This document shows positions 14,671-23,138 of a stretch of DNA of 32,000 nucleotides, one piece after another. Below the pieces are notes generated by a model. That model was given only the letters and a program-made list of their open reading frames with translations, was not told the DNA's origin and made no database searches. The number at the start of each line of letters is the position of its first letter. Within the stretch, counting starts at the first letter, position 1. Both the position numbers and the translations under genes were made by a program. The DNA lies in assembly GCF_000015225.1 (NCBI RefSeq), contig NC_008698.1, positions 750,001-782,000 on the forward strand, given 5' to 3'. The DNA comes from Thermofilum pendens Hrk 5. GTDB taxonomy: Archaea; Thermoproteota; Thermoprotei; Thermofilales; Thermofilaceae.

Positions 14671-16014
14671 GTGAGTTTTCCGGCTCACATCTTCAGGGCT
14701 TACGACATAAGGGGTGTCTACGGCGTAGACTTAAACCCTGCCATCGCAGTTGCCATCGGGAACGCTCTCTCGAGGCTTTTCCCCGGCGAGTACTGCGTGT
14801 GTAGCGATACCAGGTCGAGCTCGCCGGCACTTAAAGCCGCGCTGTCTGCCGGCCTGGCGGGTAGCGGGTCGAACGTAGTTGACGGAGGCACGGGCCCAAT
14901 AGGCATGGCGATCTACGCTACGAAGCACCTGGAGTACCACGTCGCCTACGTAACCGCGTCCCACCTCCCCCCGGAGTGGAACGGGATCAAGCTCTTCAAG
15001 CCGCGGGGCATCCCGATATGCGAGGAGGACCTCAAAAAGCTGGGCGAGGTTGCAGCCGGGAACCTCGAGTGGGCGAAGCCGGGCAGTGAGGGTGCGTACA
15101 CGCACCGGGACGTTCTCTACGAGTACTACAAGTTCCTCTTAAAGGTGGGCAAGACGAGTAGCCGTAGAACCAGGGTCGTCGTGGACTGCGGGAATGGCGC
15201 AGCGTCGCTAATCGTGCCGCGGCTGTTGAGAAGCCTCGGCTACGACGTTGTGGGTATAAACTGCGACGTTGATCCCCTGTTCTCCGTGAGGGGCTCGGAG
15301 CCTACCCTCGAGTCCACCGCGTACCTCAAGGACGTTGTACTGCGCTTCAGGGCAGACCTGGGCGTGTCTTTCGACGGCGATGGCGACAGGGCGATATTCT
15401 TCGACGAGAAGGGCAACCCCTTGGCCCCGGAGCAAGCGGCTGTAGTGATCCTGAAAGGCTCCCAGCCGGGGGACGTTATCGCCAACGTGGAGTGTTCGAG
15501 CATGGTGGAGAAGTACGTTGCCAGCAGGGGCGGGAGGGTAGTCAGGGTACCTGTTGGCCGCATACACATGATCTTCGAGTCGATGAAGTCGAGCTTCGTA
15601 CTGGGAGTGGAGAGTAGCGGTCACTACGTGCCGTACGGCGGGCTTAACCTCGACGACGGGATACTCGCTGTGCTACAGTTCCTGGAGGCTTTCGAAAAGC
15701 TCGGCGGCCCCGTCTCGGCGCTGGTAGAGCCGATGCCGCTTATGCGTAAGGTAAAGCTCGAAGTAAACGAGGAGGTTAAGTTCAAGGCAGTCGAGTACCT
15801 GAAGGCGTACTACGCCGGCAAGTACGATAGAGTCGACACGACGGACGGCGTAAGGGTAGACCTCGACTACGGGTGGTTCCTCGTGAGGGCTAGCAACACG
15901 GAGCCGGTGATACGGGTAACGATAGAGGCTTCCACGAAGGAAGATCTCGACAAGCTGGAGAAGCTCGTAAGGGAAGACATAGAGAGGGCTCTGAGCGCGG
16001 CACGCTCGGCGTAA
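14671..16014 (+). CDS. phosphoglucomutase/phosphomannomutase family (PGM/PMM or phosphoglucosamine mutase), catalytically intact
   Basis: GTG start about 25 nt after TATA GCTATATATAG. Motifs: active-site loop VTASHLPPEWNGIKL, metal loop FDGDGDR, sugar loop GVESSGH, phosphate loop RASNTEP. Confidence 0.85.
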   Translation: MSFPAHIFRAYDIRGVYGVDLNPAIAVAIGNALSRLFPGEYCVCSDTRSSSPALKAALSAGLAGSGSNVVDGGTGPIGMAIYATKHLEYHVAYVTASHLPPEWNGIKLFKPRGIPICEEDLKKLGEVAAGNLEWAKPGSEGAYTHRDVLYEYYKFLLKVGKTSSRRTRVVVDCGNGAASLIVPRLLRSLGYDVVGINCDVDPLFSVRGSEPTLESTAYLKDVVLRFRADLGVSFDGDGDRAIFFDEKGNPLAPEQAAVVILKGSQPGDVIANVECSSMVEKYVASRGGRVVRVPVGRIHMIFESMKSSFVLGVESSGHYVPYGGLNLDDGILAVLQFLEAFEKLGGPVSALVEPMPLMRKVKLEVNEEVKFKAVEYLKAYYAGKYDRVDTTDGVRVDLDYGWFLVRASNTEPVIRVTIEASTKEDLDKLEKLVREDIERALSAARSA

Positions 16015-16061
16015 AGAAAATTATTAATATTTAGTGAGGCTTTGAGGGGTGTCAGCAGGGG

Positions 16062-16403
16062 GTGGAGGCCTTGAGCGTAGTAGTGATTGGGTCGTCGCCG
16101 ACCGTGGACTCTTTGAGGTTGCTCGGCTTCGAGGTCGTCAGGGTGCCGGAGAAGCTTGGAAAAGCGGAAGAGGACGAGGTTGTAGCGAAGATACTTGAAA
16201 GCCGGGTAGCGCTAGTGGAGAGCGAGGTCTACGCCTCCGTGGCGGAGAGGCTTAGGCAGGTGATGAGCTTCGTTAAGGAGCCGCCGCTCTTGGTAGTGAT
16301 TCCGTCATCCGAGAAGGCCTCCACCCGTAGGTTGGAGGAGTTGTACAACAAGCTTTCGATGGCTCTCGGGGTGAGGTTGAGGTGGGCGAAAAAAGAGGAG
16401 TAA
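16062..16403 (+). CDS. atpF: A-type (V-type) ATP synthase subunit F
   Basis: GTG start, 113 aa. LSVVVIGSSPTVDSLRLLGFEVVRV...PPLLVVIPS fits the ATP-synt_F pattern. Subunits H and E follow directly. Confidence 0.7.
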   Translation: MEALSVVVIGSSPTVDSLRLLGFEVVRVPEKLGKAEEDEVVAKILESRVALVESEVYASVAERLRQVMSFVKEPPLLVVIPSSEKASTRRLEELYNKLSMALGVRLRWAKKEE

Positions 16404-16732
16404 ACCCCGCCAGGCTAGCGGAGGAGCTGGACATCGGCGTGATACTACAGGAACAGAGGAAAGCCGAGCAGAGGGTGGCGGAGGCGAAGAAGAGGGCTGA
16501 GGAAATACTCGAAAGGGCGAGGGCTCAAGCTAGGGAAATACTCTCGAAGGCGCAGAACGTCGAGCTCGACGACAAGGCTAAGGAGCTCATTGAGTCGGAG
16601 CAGAGAAGAGTGGGCGAGCTCCTTAAGCAACTCGAGGAGAAGTACTCCTCTGAGCTGGAAGAGCTTAGAAGGGCCCTCGAGGAGAACGAGGAAGCCATCA
16701 AGAGGCTCGTACTGGAGGCTATACTCGGGTGA
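16382..16732 (+). CDS. atpH: A-type ATP synthase subunit H (peripheral stalk, coiled coil)
   Basis: About 110 aa, highly charged and helical (EQRKAEQRVAEAKKRAEEILERARAQAREILSKAQ...). Its position between F and E supports the call. The start is uncertain: GTG 16382 overlaps atpF by 22 nt, and GTG 16439 is an alternative. Confidence 0.5.
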   Translation: MGEKRGVNPARLAEELDIGVILQEQRKAEQRVAEAKKRAEEILERARAQAREILSKAQNVELDDKAKELIESEQRRVGELLKQLEEKYSSELEELRRALEENEEAIKRLVLEAILG

Positions 16733-17376
16733 GAGGCGTGGCGGAGGAAAAAACGTTGTTGGAAGTCATAATCCAGGAGCTTAGACGCGCAGCGGAGGAG
16801 GAGTCTCGGCGGATAGTAAAGGAGGCAGAGCAGGAGGCCCAGAAAATAGTCGAGGAAGCTATTCAAAAGGCTGAGGCTATAAAGGCTGAGAAGCTTAACC
16901 AGTTGCTCAACGAGTACCGGCAAAAAGCGATGGCTGAGCTAGCCCCGAAGAGGCTGGAGCTTAGGCACCGAGCTATAAGGGAAAAGCACGAGCTCATAGA
17001 GTCGGCTTTGAACAGGGCGATAGAGGAGGCTGTGAAGACAATCCTAGGCAACGACGATTACCGGAGGACGTTCCTAGAGAAGAGCCTCGAGAAAGGAGTA
17101 GTCGCGCTCTCCTCAACAGACCTAGTCGTACACCCTTGTCGTGGCTCGGCTAGCATCGTCGGGCAAGTAGTAGAGGCGGTCGCGGCTAGGCTATCCAAGG
17201 TCAAGCCCGGCCTCAGGCTGGAGATCGGGGATCCTCTTGGCTGCACGGAGGGAGTAGTCATAGTCTCGCGGGACGGCAGGGAGATCTACAACGCTACACT
17301 GGAGGCGAAAATAGCGGAGGTCAGGGAAAGCGTCAAGCCTAAAGTGCTCGAACTGGTTTCTCGTGCGCGCGCCTAG
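16729..17376 (+). CDS. atpE: A-type ATP synthase subunit E
   Basis: 215 aa. A long N-terminal helix (RRAAEEESRRIVKEAEQEAQKIVEEAIQKAEAIKAEKL...) is followed by a globular C-terminal domain. The start overlaps the upstream stop by 4 nt. Confidence 0.75.
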   Translation: MRGVAEEKTLLEVIIQELRRAAEEESRRIVKEAEQEAQKIVEEAIQKAEAIKAEKLNQLLNEYRQKAMAELAPKRLELRHRAIREKHELIESALNRAIEEAVKTILGNDDYRRTFLEKSLEKGVVALSSTDLVVHPCRGSASIVGQVVEAVAARLSKVKPGLRLEIGDPLGCTEGVVIVSRDGREIYNATLEAKIAEVRESVKPKVLELVSRARA

Positions 17377-17651
17377 CTCCCTATAGGCGTTCTCAGCCTG
17401 TTTGTTTCAAGCTCTATTATCGCCGGGTAGGGGTACCTGTACTTTAACTCCTTAAGCTTTCCACGCCCCATCATGGAGACGAGAACGTCGTCTACGAGCA
17501 CTAAGTCGGCGGCTTTCTCCCTAACGATCTCCTCTATCCTCCTCTCAGCCTCTCTCGGGTCGTTCACGGCTATGACTATGTCTGCTCCTCCAGCTTTAAG
17601 CGCCTTCTCAAGGTCTGGGAGTACTACGGCCGCTATTCTCATAGTCGGCAT
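17373..17651 (-). CDS. small alpha/beta protein with ATP-synt_F-like pattern (second F-like paralog?)
   Basis: The track ORF extends to 17717, but the internal ATG at 17651 gives MPTMRIAAVVLPDLEKALKAGGADIVIAVNDPREAERRIEEIVREKAADLVLVDDVL...YPAIIELE. This has the same strand-helix alternation as subunit F. The gene is convergent with atpE and overlaps it by 4 nt. Confidence 0.4.
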   Translation of the reverse strand: MPTMRIAAVVLPDLEKALKAGGADIVIAVNDPREAERRIEEIVREKAADLVLVDDVLVSMMGRGKLKELKYRYPYPAIIELETNRLRTPIGS

Positions 17652-17805
17652 ACTATGCACCCACCACGTGTTTAACACTAGTATATAAAGTGCACGCGCG
17701 CGAGGGTCGAAGATCACCGCTGTAAAAAGCTAGTGATTGTGCATAAACCTAAAATAGAGAGCTAGAGTAGGCATAGGCTGGTGATCGCCTATTAAGTACA
17801 GGCTC

Positions 17806-18177
17806 ATGGATTTACTCGCATGCCCGTATGACAAGCACTTTCCACTAGAGCTCTACGTCATAGAGACGAGGACGTATAAGGACAGGCAGGTGACTTTCCG
17901 CAGGAAACCCGCCTGCGAGCTCTACTGCGCCTTCAGGGGCAAAAACGTCAGCGAGCTCGACGGCAAGGACCCTGGGTGCGACGAGTGCATTAAAGTAGAA
18001 GTGGCGACGGGTGTGCTTTACTGCCCTGAGTGCGGTAGATGGTGGCCTATAAAGGACGAGATACCGGTTATACTTCCAGACGACATGCGCAACAAGGAGG
18101 AAGACCTAAAGTTCCTCGAGTCCGTTAAGGACAAGGTACCAGAAAAAGTGCTGAAAGGCAAGCCCTTCGGCCTCTAA
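17806..18177 (+). CDS. Trm112-like methyltransferase-activator family protein with Zn-binding insertion
   Basis: N-terminal LLACPYDKHFPLEL and C-terminal LYCPECGRWWPIKDEIPVILPDDM match the Trm112/UPF0434 pattern. A Cys-containing insert lies between them. Confidence 0.7.
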   Translation: MDLLACPYDKHFPLELYVIETRTYKDRQVTFRRKPACELYCAFRGKNVSELDGKDPGCDECIKVEVATGVLYCPECGRWWPIKDEIPVILPDDMRNKEEDLKFLESVKDKVPEKVLKGKPFGL

Positions 18178-19883
18178 TCGTGCGTGAATATATACGTCTC
18201 CGGCCCCTCTACCCTGACGAACCCCAGCCTAACGAACTGGACTTGCTCCCCCGGGGGGAGCTCGGCGAGGCTAGGCTCACCGTAGCCCGAGATTTCCTCG
18301 ATCTTTGTACCCGCGGCTTTCAGCACCCTGCCTCTCACCGAGCTCTCTACCGGGGCCCACTGCACTATGGGTAGCTCGTGCTTCTTCGCGAAGCTCACGT
18401 CGTTGTTCAGGTATCTCAGCTTCGAACCGCCGTCGACGACCTCGAAGTTCCCGAGCCCCATCAGCCTGACCATGGAGGATGCCACGTCGGAGGGTAGGTA
18501 GACCTCGGGCTTGCTGAAGGTTATCCTCCGGCGGCCCCTCTCGGGGAAGGAGGGGTGGACTATGACCTCCGCCGTTATCGGGGCCTCCAGCCCCTCTATG
18601 GAGGCTACCTTGGCGGGCTCTGGGACGAACATGTACCTGTTGGCCCGCGGCTCTAGGTACTTCCTGTTGAAAGCGTGGAGCTTGTCTACACTCACCCGCG
18701 CCGTGGAGGGCTTGATCCCGACTTCCAGAACCAAGTCCCATATCGCCTCGGGCAGTATCCCTCTACGCCTCAAGGCCCTCAGAGTTCCGAGGCGTATATC
18801 GTCTATAGACGAGAAAAGCCCCTTTTCGATCCCCCTCCTAATGACCGACTTGCTGAGAACCATGCCTTCCAAGTTCATCCTCCCGAAGTGTATGCTTACA
18901 GGAGGCTTCCAGCCCATGTGCCTGTAAACGTACTCTTGCTTCAGGGTGTTGACCGCGTGCTCCTCGCCTCTCAGGACGTGGGTCACTCCCAGCATGTGGT
19001 CGTCCACAGCACAGGCAAAGTTGTACGTAGGCCAAACCCTGTACTTGTCTCCCGTTAGAGGGTGGGGTGTTTTCTCGGTGTCGAGCACTCTAAAGGCTAT
19101 CCAGTCCCTGACAGAGGGGTTGGGGTGGGCGGGGTCTGTCTTTATCCTCAGCACTGCGGCGCCCTCCGGGTACTCCCCAGAAAGCATCTTCTCCCACCTC
19201 TCCATGTGTTCCTCTGGCGGGAGGAACGAGCAGGGATCCGGCTTGCCGGCGTCGCGGAACGCCTTTATCTCGTCTTGGCTATGCGTGCAAACGTATGCGT
19301 TTCCGCTCTTTATCAGTGCCTCCGCCACCTCGTAGTAAACCTCCATGCGCTGGCTCTGAATGTACTCCTCGTCCCACGGCGTTCCGAGCCAGCGGAGATC
19401 CTCGCGTATAAGGTCGTAGGCCTCTGGCATAGGCCGCTTGGTTCTCGGATCCGTATCCTCGAACCTCAGGATGAACTTGCCGTTGTACATCTTCTTGGCG
19501 TAGTAGTAGTTGAGTATCGCTGGTCTCGCGCTCCCAAGGTGCAGGACGAAGTCAGGGTTGGGCGCGAACCTCGTCACGACCTTCCCGCCCACTTCTTCCG
19601 CTCCCGGAAGCGGAGGCAACCTTTTCACCTCTACTTTCCTTTCACCTGAGAGCGCCTCGGGCCACAGCTCTGAGAGTAGGCTGGCCTGAGACTCGGGGCT
19701 CATGGAGTTTACCTCCTCTACGACCTCCTTGACCAGCTCCACGACCTCCTTGGCCGCCTTGCGAGCCTCGGGAACCTCGGCGAACACCTTGCTGACAACG
19801 GAGTCCACCCTAGCCTTTCCGCCGAACTTAACGGCGTTGGCTAACGCGTGTTTAAGGGCTACCCTTCTAATATCGACTTCCAA
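18174..19883 (-). CDS. gltX: glutamyl-tRNA synthetase (archaeal type)
   Basis: 569 aa. Motifs: FAPNPDFVLHLGSARPAILNYYYAKKMYNGKFILRFEDTDPR (HIGH-type), WPTYNFACAVDDHMLGVTHVLRGEEH, VLSKS (KMSKS-type). Its stop overlaps the stop of the convergent gene. Confidence 0.9.
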   Translation of the reverse strand: MEVDIRRVALKHALANAVKFGGKARVDSVVSKVFAEVPEARKAAKEVVELVKEVVEEVNSMSPESQASLLSELWPEALSGERKVEVKRLPPLPGAEEVGGKVVTRFAPNPDFVLHLGSARPAILNYYYAKKMYNGKFILRFEDTDPRTKRPMPEAYDLIREDLRWLGTPWDEEYIQSQRMEVYYEVAEALIKSGNAYVCTHSQDEIKAFRDAGKPDPCSFLPPEEHMERWEKMLSGEYPEGAAVLRIKTDPAHPNPSVRDWIAFRVLDTEKTPHPLTGDKYRVWPTYNFACAVDDHMLGVTHVLRGEEHAVNTLKQEYVYRHMGWKPPVSIHFGRMNLEGMVLSKSVIRRGIEKGLFSSIDDIRLGTLRALRRRGILPEAIWDLVLEVGIKPSTARVSVDKLHAFNRKYLEPRANRYMFVPEPAKVASIEGLEAPITAEVIVHPSFPERGRRRITFSKPEVYLPSDVASSMVRLMGLGNFEVVDGGSKLRYLNNDVSFAKKHELPIVQWAPVESSVRGRVLKAAGTKIEEISGYGEPSLAELPPGEQVQFVRLGFVRVEGPETYIFTHD

Positions 19884-19938
19884 CAGAGGTCACCCCCCTC
19901 TACCATTCTACTCGCAGATATAAGGATTAGGGAGAAGC

Positions 19939-20046
19939 TGGTGGACCGGCCGGGATTCGAACCCGGGACCATTCGCGCCCGCGCCTCCCGAGAGAGGCGC
20001 GTGTCCCGCATGCCAAGCGGACATCCTCCCACTAGACGACCGGCCC
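19939..20046 (-). tRNA. tRNA-Ala (anticodon GGC, plus-strand 20012-20014) with one intron in the variable region, CCA encoded
   Basis: The reverse complement begins GGGCCGGTCGTCTAGTGGGAGGATG and ends GGTCCCGGGTTCGAATCCCGGCCGGTCCACCA, identical arms to the other tRNA-Ala. The anticodon arm TCCGC-TTGGCAT-GCGGG is intact. A 33-nt insert (19971-20003, with hairpin CGCGCCTC..GAGGCGCG) splits the variable loop A/GGTC. Confidence 0.75.
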
Positions 20047-20087
20047 TGCCAGAAAAGTTAAGAAAGGGGCTGATTTAAGCTTTTCTC
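20047..20087 (-). promoter_or_regulatory. conserved tRNA-Ala upstream block (paralog of 14451-14491)
   Basis: The reverse complement reads GAGAAAAGCTTAAATCAGCCCCTTTCTTAACTTTTCTGGCA, sharing the TATA-like block and the 10 nt preceding +1 with the other tRNA-Ala gene. Confidence 0.4.
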
Positions 20088-20149
20088 ACGGTAGAGAGGC
20101 CAGTAGCTGAGATGCCTTAGAGCAATACAAGTCTAGACACATAGTGCTA

Positions 20150-20325
20150 GGAGGAGGGGGCCGGGCGCCTTTCCCTGCTGGTCTTACTCTTTAGTCTTCT
20201 GCCCCCAGCTCTTCGAGGCGATTCGCGAGCTTCCAGGCTCTGGGTTACTGCTCGGCCTTGTACTTCGTGAAGTCAAGGAGTGTTTCTCGCAGAGCTACGT
20301 CGTAGCGAGCGTGCTCGAAGAGAGA
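20150..20325 (-). pseudogene. family A C-terminal fragment plus conserved 3' flank, copy B (degraded)
   Basis: The reverse complement aligns with 8255-8455. It reads ...EHARYDVALRETLLDFTKYKAEQ*PRAWKLANRLEELGAED* with an internal TAA, then TAAAGAGTAAGACCAGCAGGGAAAGGCGCCCGGCCCCCTCC. It sits about 100 nt upstream of tRNA-Ala(GGC) and abuts the proS 5' region. Confidence 0.65.
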
Positions 20326-20404
20326 GGTGGTTGCCTGGCACTCTCATTCTTATGACGTAAAAAATTTCAAGAGGCTGTACTGTTGTGTCTCCGCGACCAG
20401 CGCT

Positions 20405-21853
20405 ATGAGCGAGCAGGGGATCACTGTCAGCAAGTCCGAGGACTTCTCGGAGTGGTACTCGCAGGTACTGAGTAAGGCGGGGCTTGTCGATCTACGCTAC
20501 AACGTCCAAGGCTTCGTTGTCCACAAGCCCTGGCTTATGCGCATCATAAAGGCTATTTACCGCTTCTTCGAGGAGGAGCTGGAGAAGACCGGGCACGAGC
20601 CTGTCCTCTTCCCCCTCGTGATACCGGAGGAGAACTTCGAGAAGGAGAAGGAGCACGTCGAGGGTTTCAAGCCGGAGGTGTTCTGGGTTACCCAAGCGGG
20701 CGACGAGAAGCTTGAACGGAGGCTGGCGCTTAGGCCGACAAGCGAGACCGCTTTCTACTACATGTACTCCTACTGGATACAGAGCTGGCGCGACCTACCC
20801 CTCAAACTCTATCAGAGCGTTAGCGTGTACCGCAACGAGAAGAATACGAGGCCGTTGATACGGGGGAGGGAGTTCCTCTGGATAGAGGCCCACGACGCGT
20901 TCGCAACGCACGAGGAGGCGCTTAACCAGATACGCGAGGACATGGAGAACTCGAGGAAGGTTATCTGGGAGAAGCTCGGGATCCCGTTTTTGTTCCTGAG
21001 GAGGCCTCCCTGGGACAAGTTCAGCGGTGCTGAAGACACGTACGCCGCCGACACTATAATGCCGGATGGAAGGGTGCTTCAGATATCCTCGACGCATGAC
21101 CTCGGCCAGAGGTTCGCGAAGGCTTTCAACGTTACCTTCCTGGACAAGGACGGCAAGAGGAAGTACGTTTGGCAGACGTGCTACGGCCCCGGCATCTGGA
21201 GGATAACCGCCGCACTCATAGCGATACACGGCGACGACAAGGGGCTCGTACTCCCGATGAACGTGGCCCCGATACAGGTCGTCATCGTCCCCATATACTA
21301 CAAGGAGTCCGACAAGGAGAGGGTACTCGAGAAATGCAGGAAGCTGGAGGCGATGATAAGGGAGGCTGGCTACAGGGTCTACCTGGACGCCAGGGAGGAG
21401 TACACGCCGGGCTGGAAGTTCAACGACTGGGAGTTGAAGGGGGTTCCCGTGCGCCTAGAGGTGGGGGTACGGGAGGTCGAAACAGGGACGGTCACGGTGT
21501 TTAGGAGGGATTTGAGGGTGAAGGAGAAGGTCGCGGACAGCGAGCTGATAAGCCACATCCGCAAGCTCGAGAACGACATTCTCGAGGAGCTGAAGAGGAG
21601 GGCGAAGGAGTTCTTCGAAAGCAGGATAGTCACGGCGACGCGCAGAGAGGAAGTCGAGGAGGCGTTACGCTCGGGAAAGATGGTCAAAATGCCTTTCTGT
21701 GGACGGGAGGAGTGCGCAGACGACTTGAAGGAAGCTACCGACGGCGGGAAGGTCAGGGGTACCGAGATAGACTTCAAGGAGGGAGACTACGGGCGTTGCG
21801 CCTGGTGCGGAGCCCCCGCGCGCCTAATAGTATACGTCGCTAAGTCGTACTAG
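20405..21853 (+). CDS. proS: prolyl-tRNA synthetase (archaeal/eukaryotic type)
   Basis: The track ORF starts at 20327, but conserved sequence begins at ATG 20405: MSEQGITVSKSEDFSEWYSQVLSKAGLVDLRYNVQGFVVHKPW. Class II motifs RPTSETAFY and FLWIEAHDAF are present. The C-terminal Zn motif is CGREEC...CAWCG. Confidence 0.9.
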   Translation: MSEQGITVSKSEDFSEWYSQVLSKAGLVDLRYNVQGFVVHKPWLMRIIKAIYRFFEEELEKTGHEPVLFPLVIPEENFEKEKEHVEGFKPEVFWVTQAGDEKLERRLALRPTSETAFYYMYSYWIQSWRDLPLKLYQSVSVYRNEKNTRPLIRGREFLWIEAHDAFATHEEALNQIREDMENSRKVIWEKLGIPFLFLRRPPWDKFSGAEDTYAADTIMPDGRVLQISSTHDLGQRFAKAFNVTFLDKDGKRKYVWQTCYGPGIWRITAALIAIHGDDKGLVLPMNVAPIQVVIVPIYYKESDKERVLEKCRKLEAMIREAGYRVYLDAREEYTPGWKFNDWELKGVPVRLEVGVREVETGTVTVFRRDLRVKEKVADSELISHIRKLENDILEELKRRAKEFFESRIVTATRREEVEEALRSGKMVKMPFCGREECADDLKEATDGGKVRGTEIDFKEGDYGRCAWCGAPARLIVYVAKSY

Positions 21854-22320
21854 CTCTGCAGGTTTCCGGGAGTGTTTTCCTCCAGGCTCAGAGCATAGAG
21901 GTAAGCGTCCGATCCGTCGTTGTAGTACTTCTCCTTGACTCCTATACGTTTAAACCCGAGCTTTTCGTACAGCCGAAGCGCCGGGGTATTCGTCGTCTTC
22001 ACCTCTAGGTATACTGCCTTAAGCCCGTTTTCGCGGGCTATGCGTATCGTTTCTTCGAGAAGCTTCCTGCCGATACCCCTGCCGCGCAGCTCCTCTACGA
22101 CTGCCACGCTGTGAACGTGGAGCTGGCTCCCCTCCCTACACGAGACAATGTAGCCCACTACGAGCCCCTTGTAGTCCGCCACGAAGAAGTAGTCTCTACA
22201 CCTGTTGTAGAGGTAGAAGAGGTAGTCGAGCGAGAAGGCGTCGGGCCCGAAGGCTTTCTCCTCTAGCTCCACGATGTAGTAGAGATCGCCCGGCTCGACG
22301 CGCCTAAGCCTTACGTCCAC
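21850..22320 (-). CDS. GNAT N-acetyltransferase (RimI/Ard1-type protein N-terminal acetyltransferase)
   Basis: Motifs: IVELEEKAF...VVGYIV...HVHSVAVVEELRGRGIGRKLLEE...YLEVKTTNTPALRLYEKLGF. I prefer GTG 22320 (AGGTG 7 nt upstream, no overlap with the upstream stop at 22331-22333) over the track TTG at 22350. Confidence 0.7.
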   Translation of the reverse strand: MDVRLRRVEPGDLYYIVELEEKAFGPDAFSLDYLFYLYNRCRDYFFVADYKGLVVGYIVSCREGSQLHVHSVAVVEELRGRGIGRKLLEETIRIARENGLKAVYLEVKTTNTPALRLYEKLGFKRIGVKEKYYNDGSDAYLYALSLEENTPGNLQS

Positions 22321-22330
22321 GTTGACGCAC

Positions 22331-23101
22331 CTAGAGCGTGACCTCCTCAAAGGGTTTGGGGATGAAGGTGTTCTTGAATATAGCGCGGGCCGCCCTGAGG
22401 TACTCCTCGTCCACGTCGCCTAGCCTCGCGTAGGGTAGATGTACCAGCGCGAGCCTCCGCGCGCCGGCTCGTAGCGCTATCGTCGCCGCGTGCACTGGAG
22501 TGGAGTGACCATCCCTCAGCGCCGCGTCCTCCATTCCGGGCGGGTACGTCGCCTCGTGCACCAAGAGGTCGCAACCCGCGAAGCCTTCTACCAGCTTTTC
22601 GCTGGGAGAGGTGTCCCCCGAGTAGCAGAGAGAGCGGTCGCTAACCGTCAACCTATACGCAAGGGCTTCGACCGTATGTAGAGCCTCGAACGCCTTCGCG
22701 TTGCCCACGGTATCCCCTGGGCCTATTTCCCGGAAGACTCCGTGCGAAAGTATGGTCTCGAACTTCTCCGGGTGCAACACCTCCAGCATCCTCTCGAAAA
22801 ACCTACGCGTCCCGCGAGGGCCCACTACTTCTACTCTTTTACCAGACCCGCGGATCCACAGGTGCCACAAAAGCTCGACTACGCCTAGGGAGTGATCCGG
22901 GTGCAGGTGCGACAGCAAAATTATCCTAACCTCGTCGAGACGCCCCATCGTTGCGAGCACGTAGGGGCACGCCGCGGGACAGTCCAGGAGCACCCCACCG
23001 TCGACGAGCAGTGAGGGCGGCATATTCCTTCCGGAGAACGTGCTCCCGGCAGTACCCAGGAAAATTACCCTAGCCAACTTTTCTCCCCCGGATAACTTCA
23101 C
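22331..23101 (-). CDS. metallo-beta-lactamase-fold hydrolase (RNase Z-like)
   Basis: VIFLGTAGS...LLDCP...ILLSHLHPDHSLG (HxHxDH motif)...LLVHEATY...HSTP...LVHL. GTG start. Confidence 0.65.
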   Translation of the reverse strand: MKLSGGEKLARVIFLGTAGSTFSGRNMPPSLLVDGGVLLDCPAACPYVLATMGRLDEVRIILLSHLHPDHSLGVVELLWHLWIRGSGKRVEVVGPRGTRRFFERMLEVLHPEKFETILSHGVFREIGPGDTVGNAKAFEALHTVEALAYRLTVSDRSLCYSGDTSPSEKLVEGFAGCDLLVHEATYPPGMEDAALRDGHSTPVHAATIALRAGARRLALVHLPYARLGDVDEEYLRAARAIFKNTFIPKPFEEVTL

Positions 23102-23138
23102 TTTTCTCCCGCACCTCGCGTTGAAAAGGGTTTTCGCG

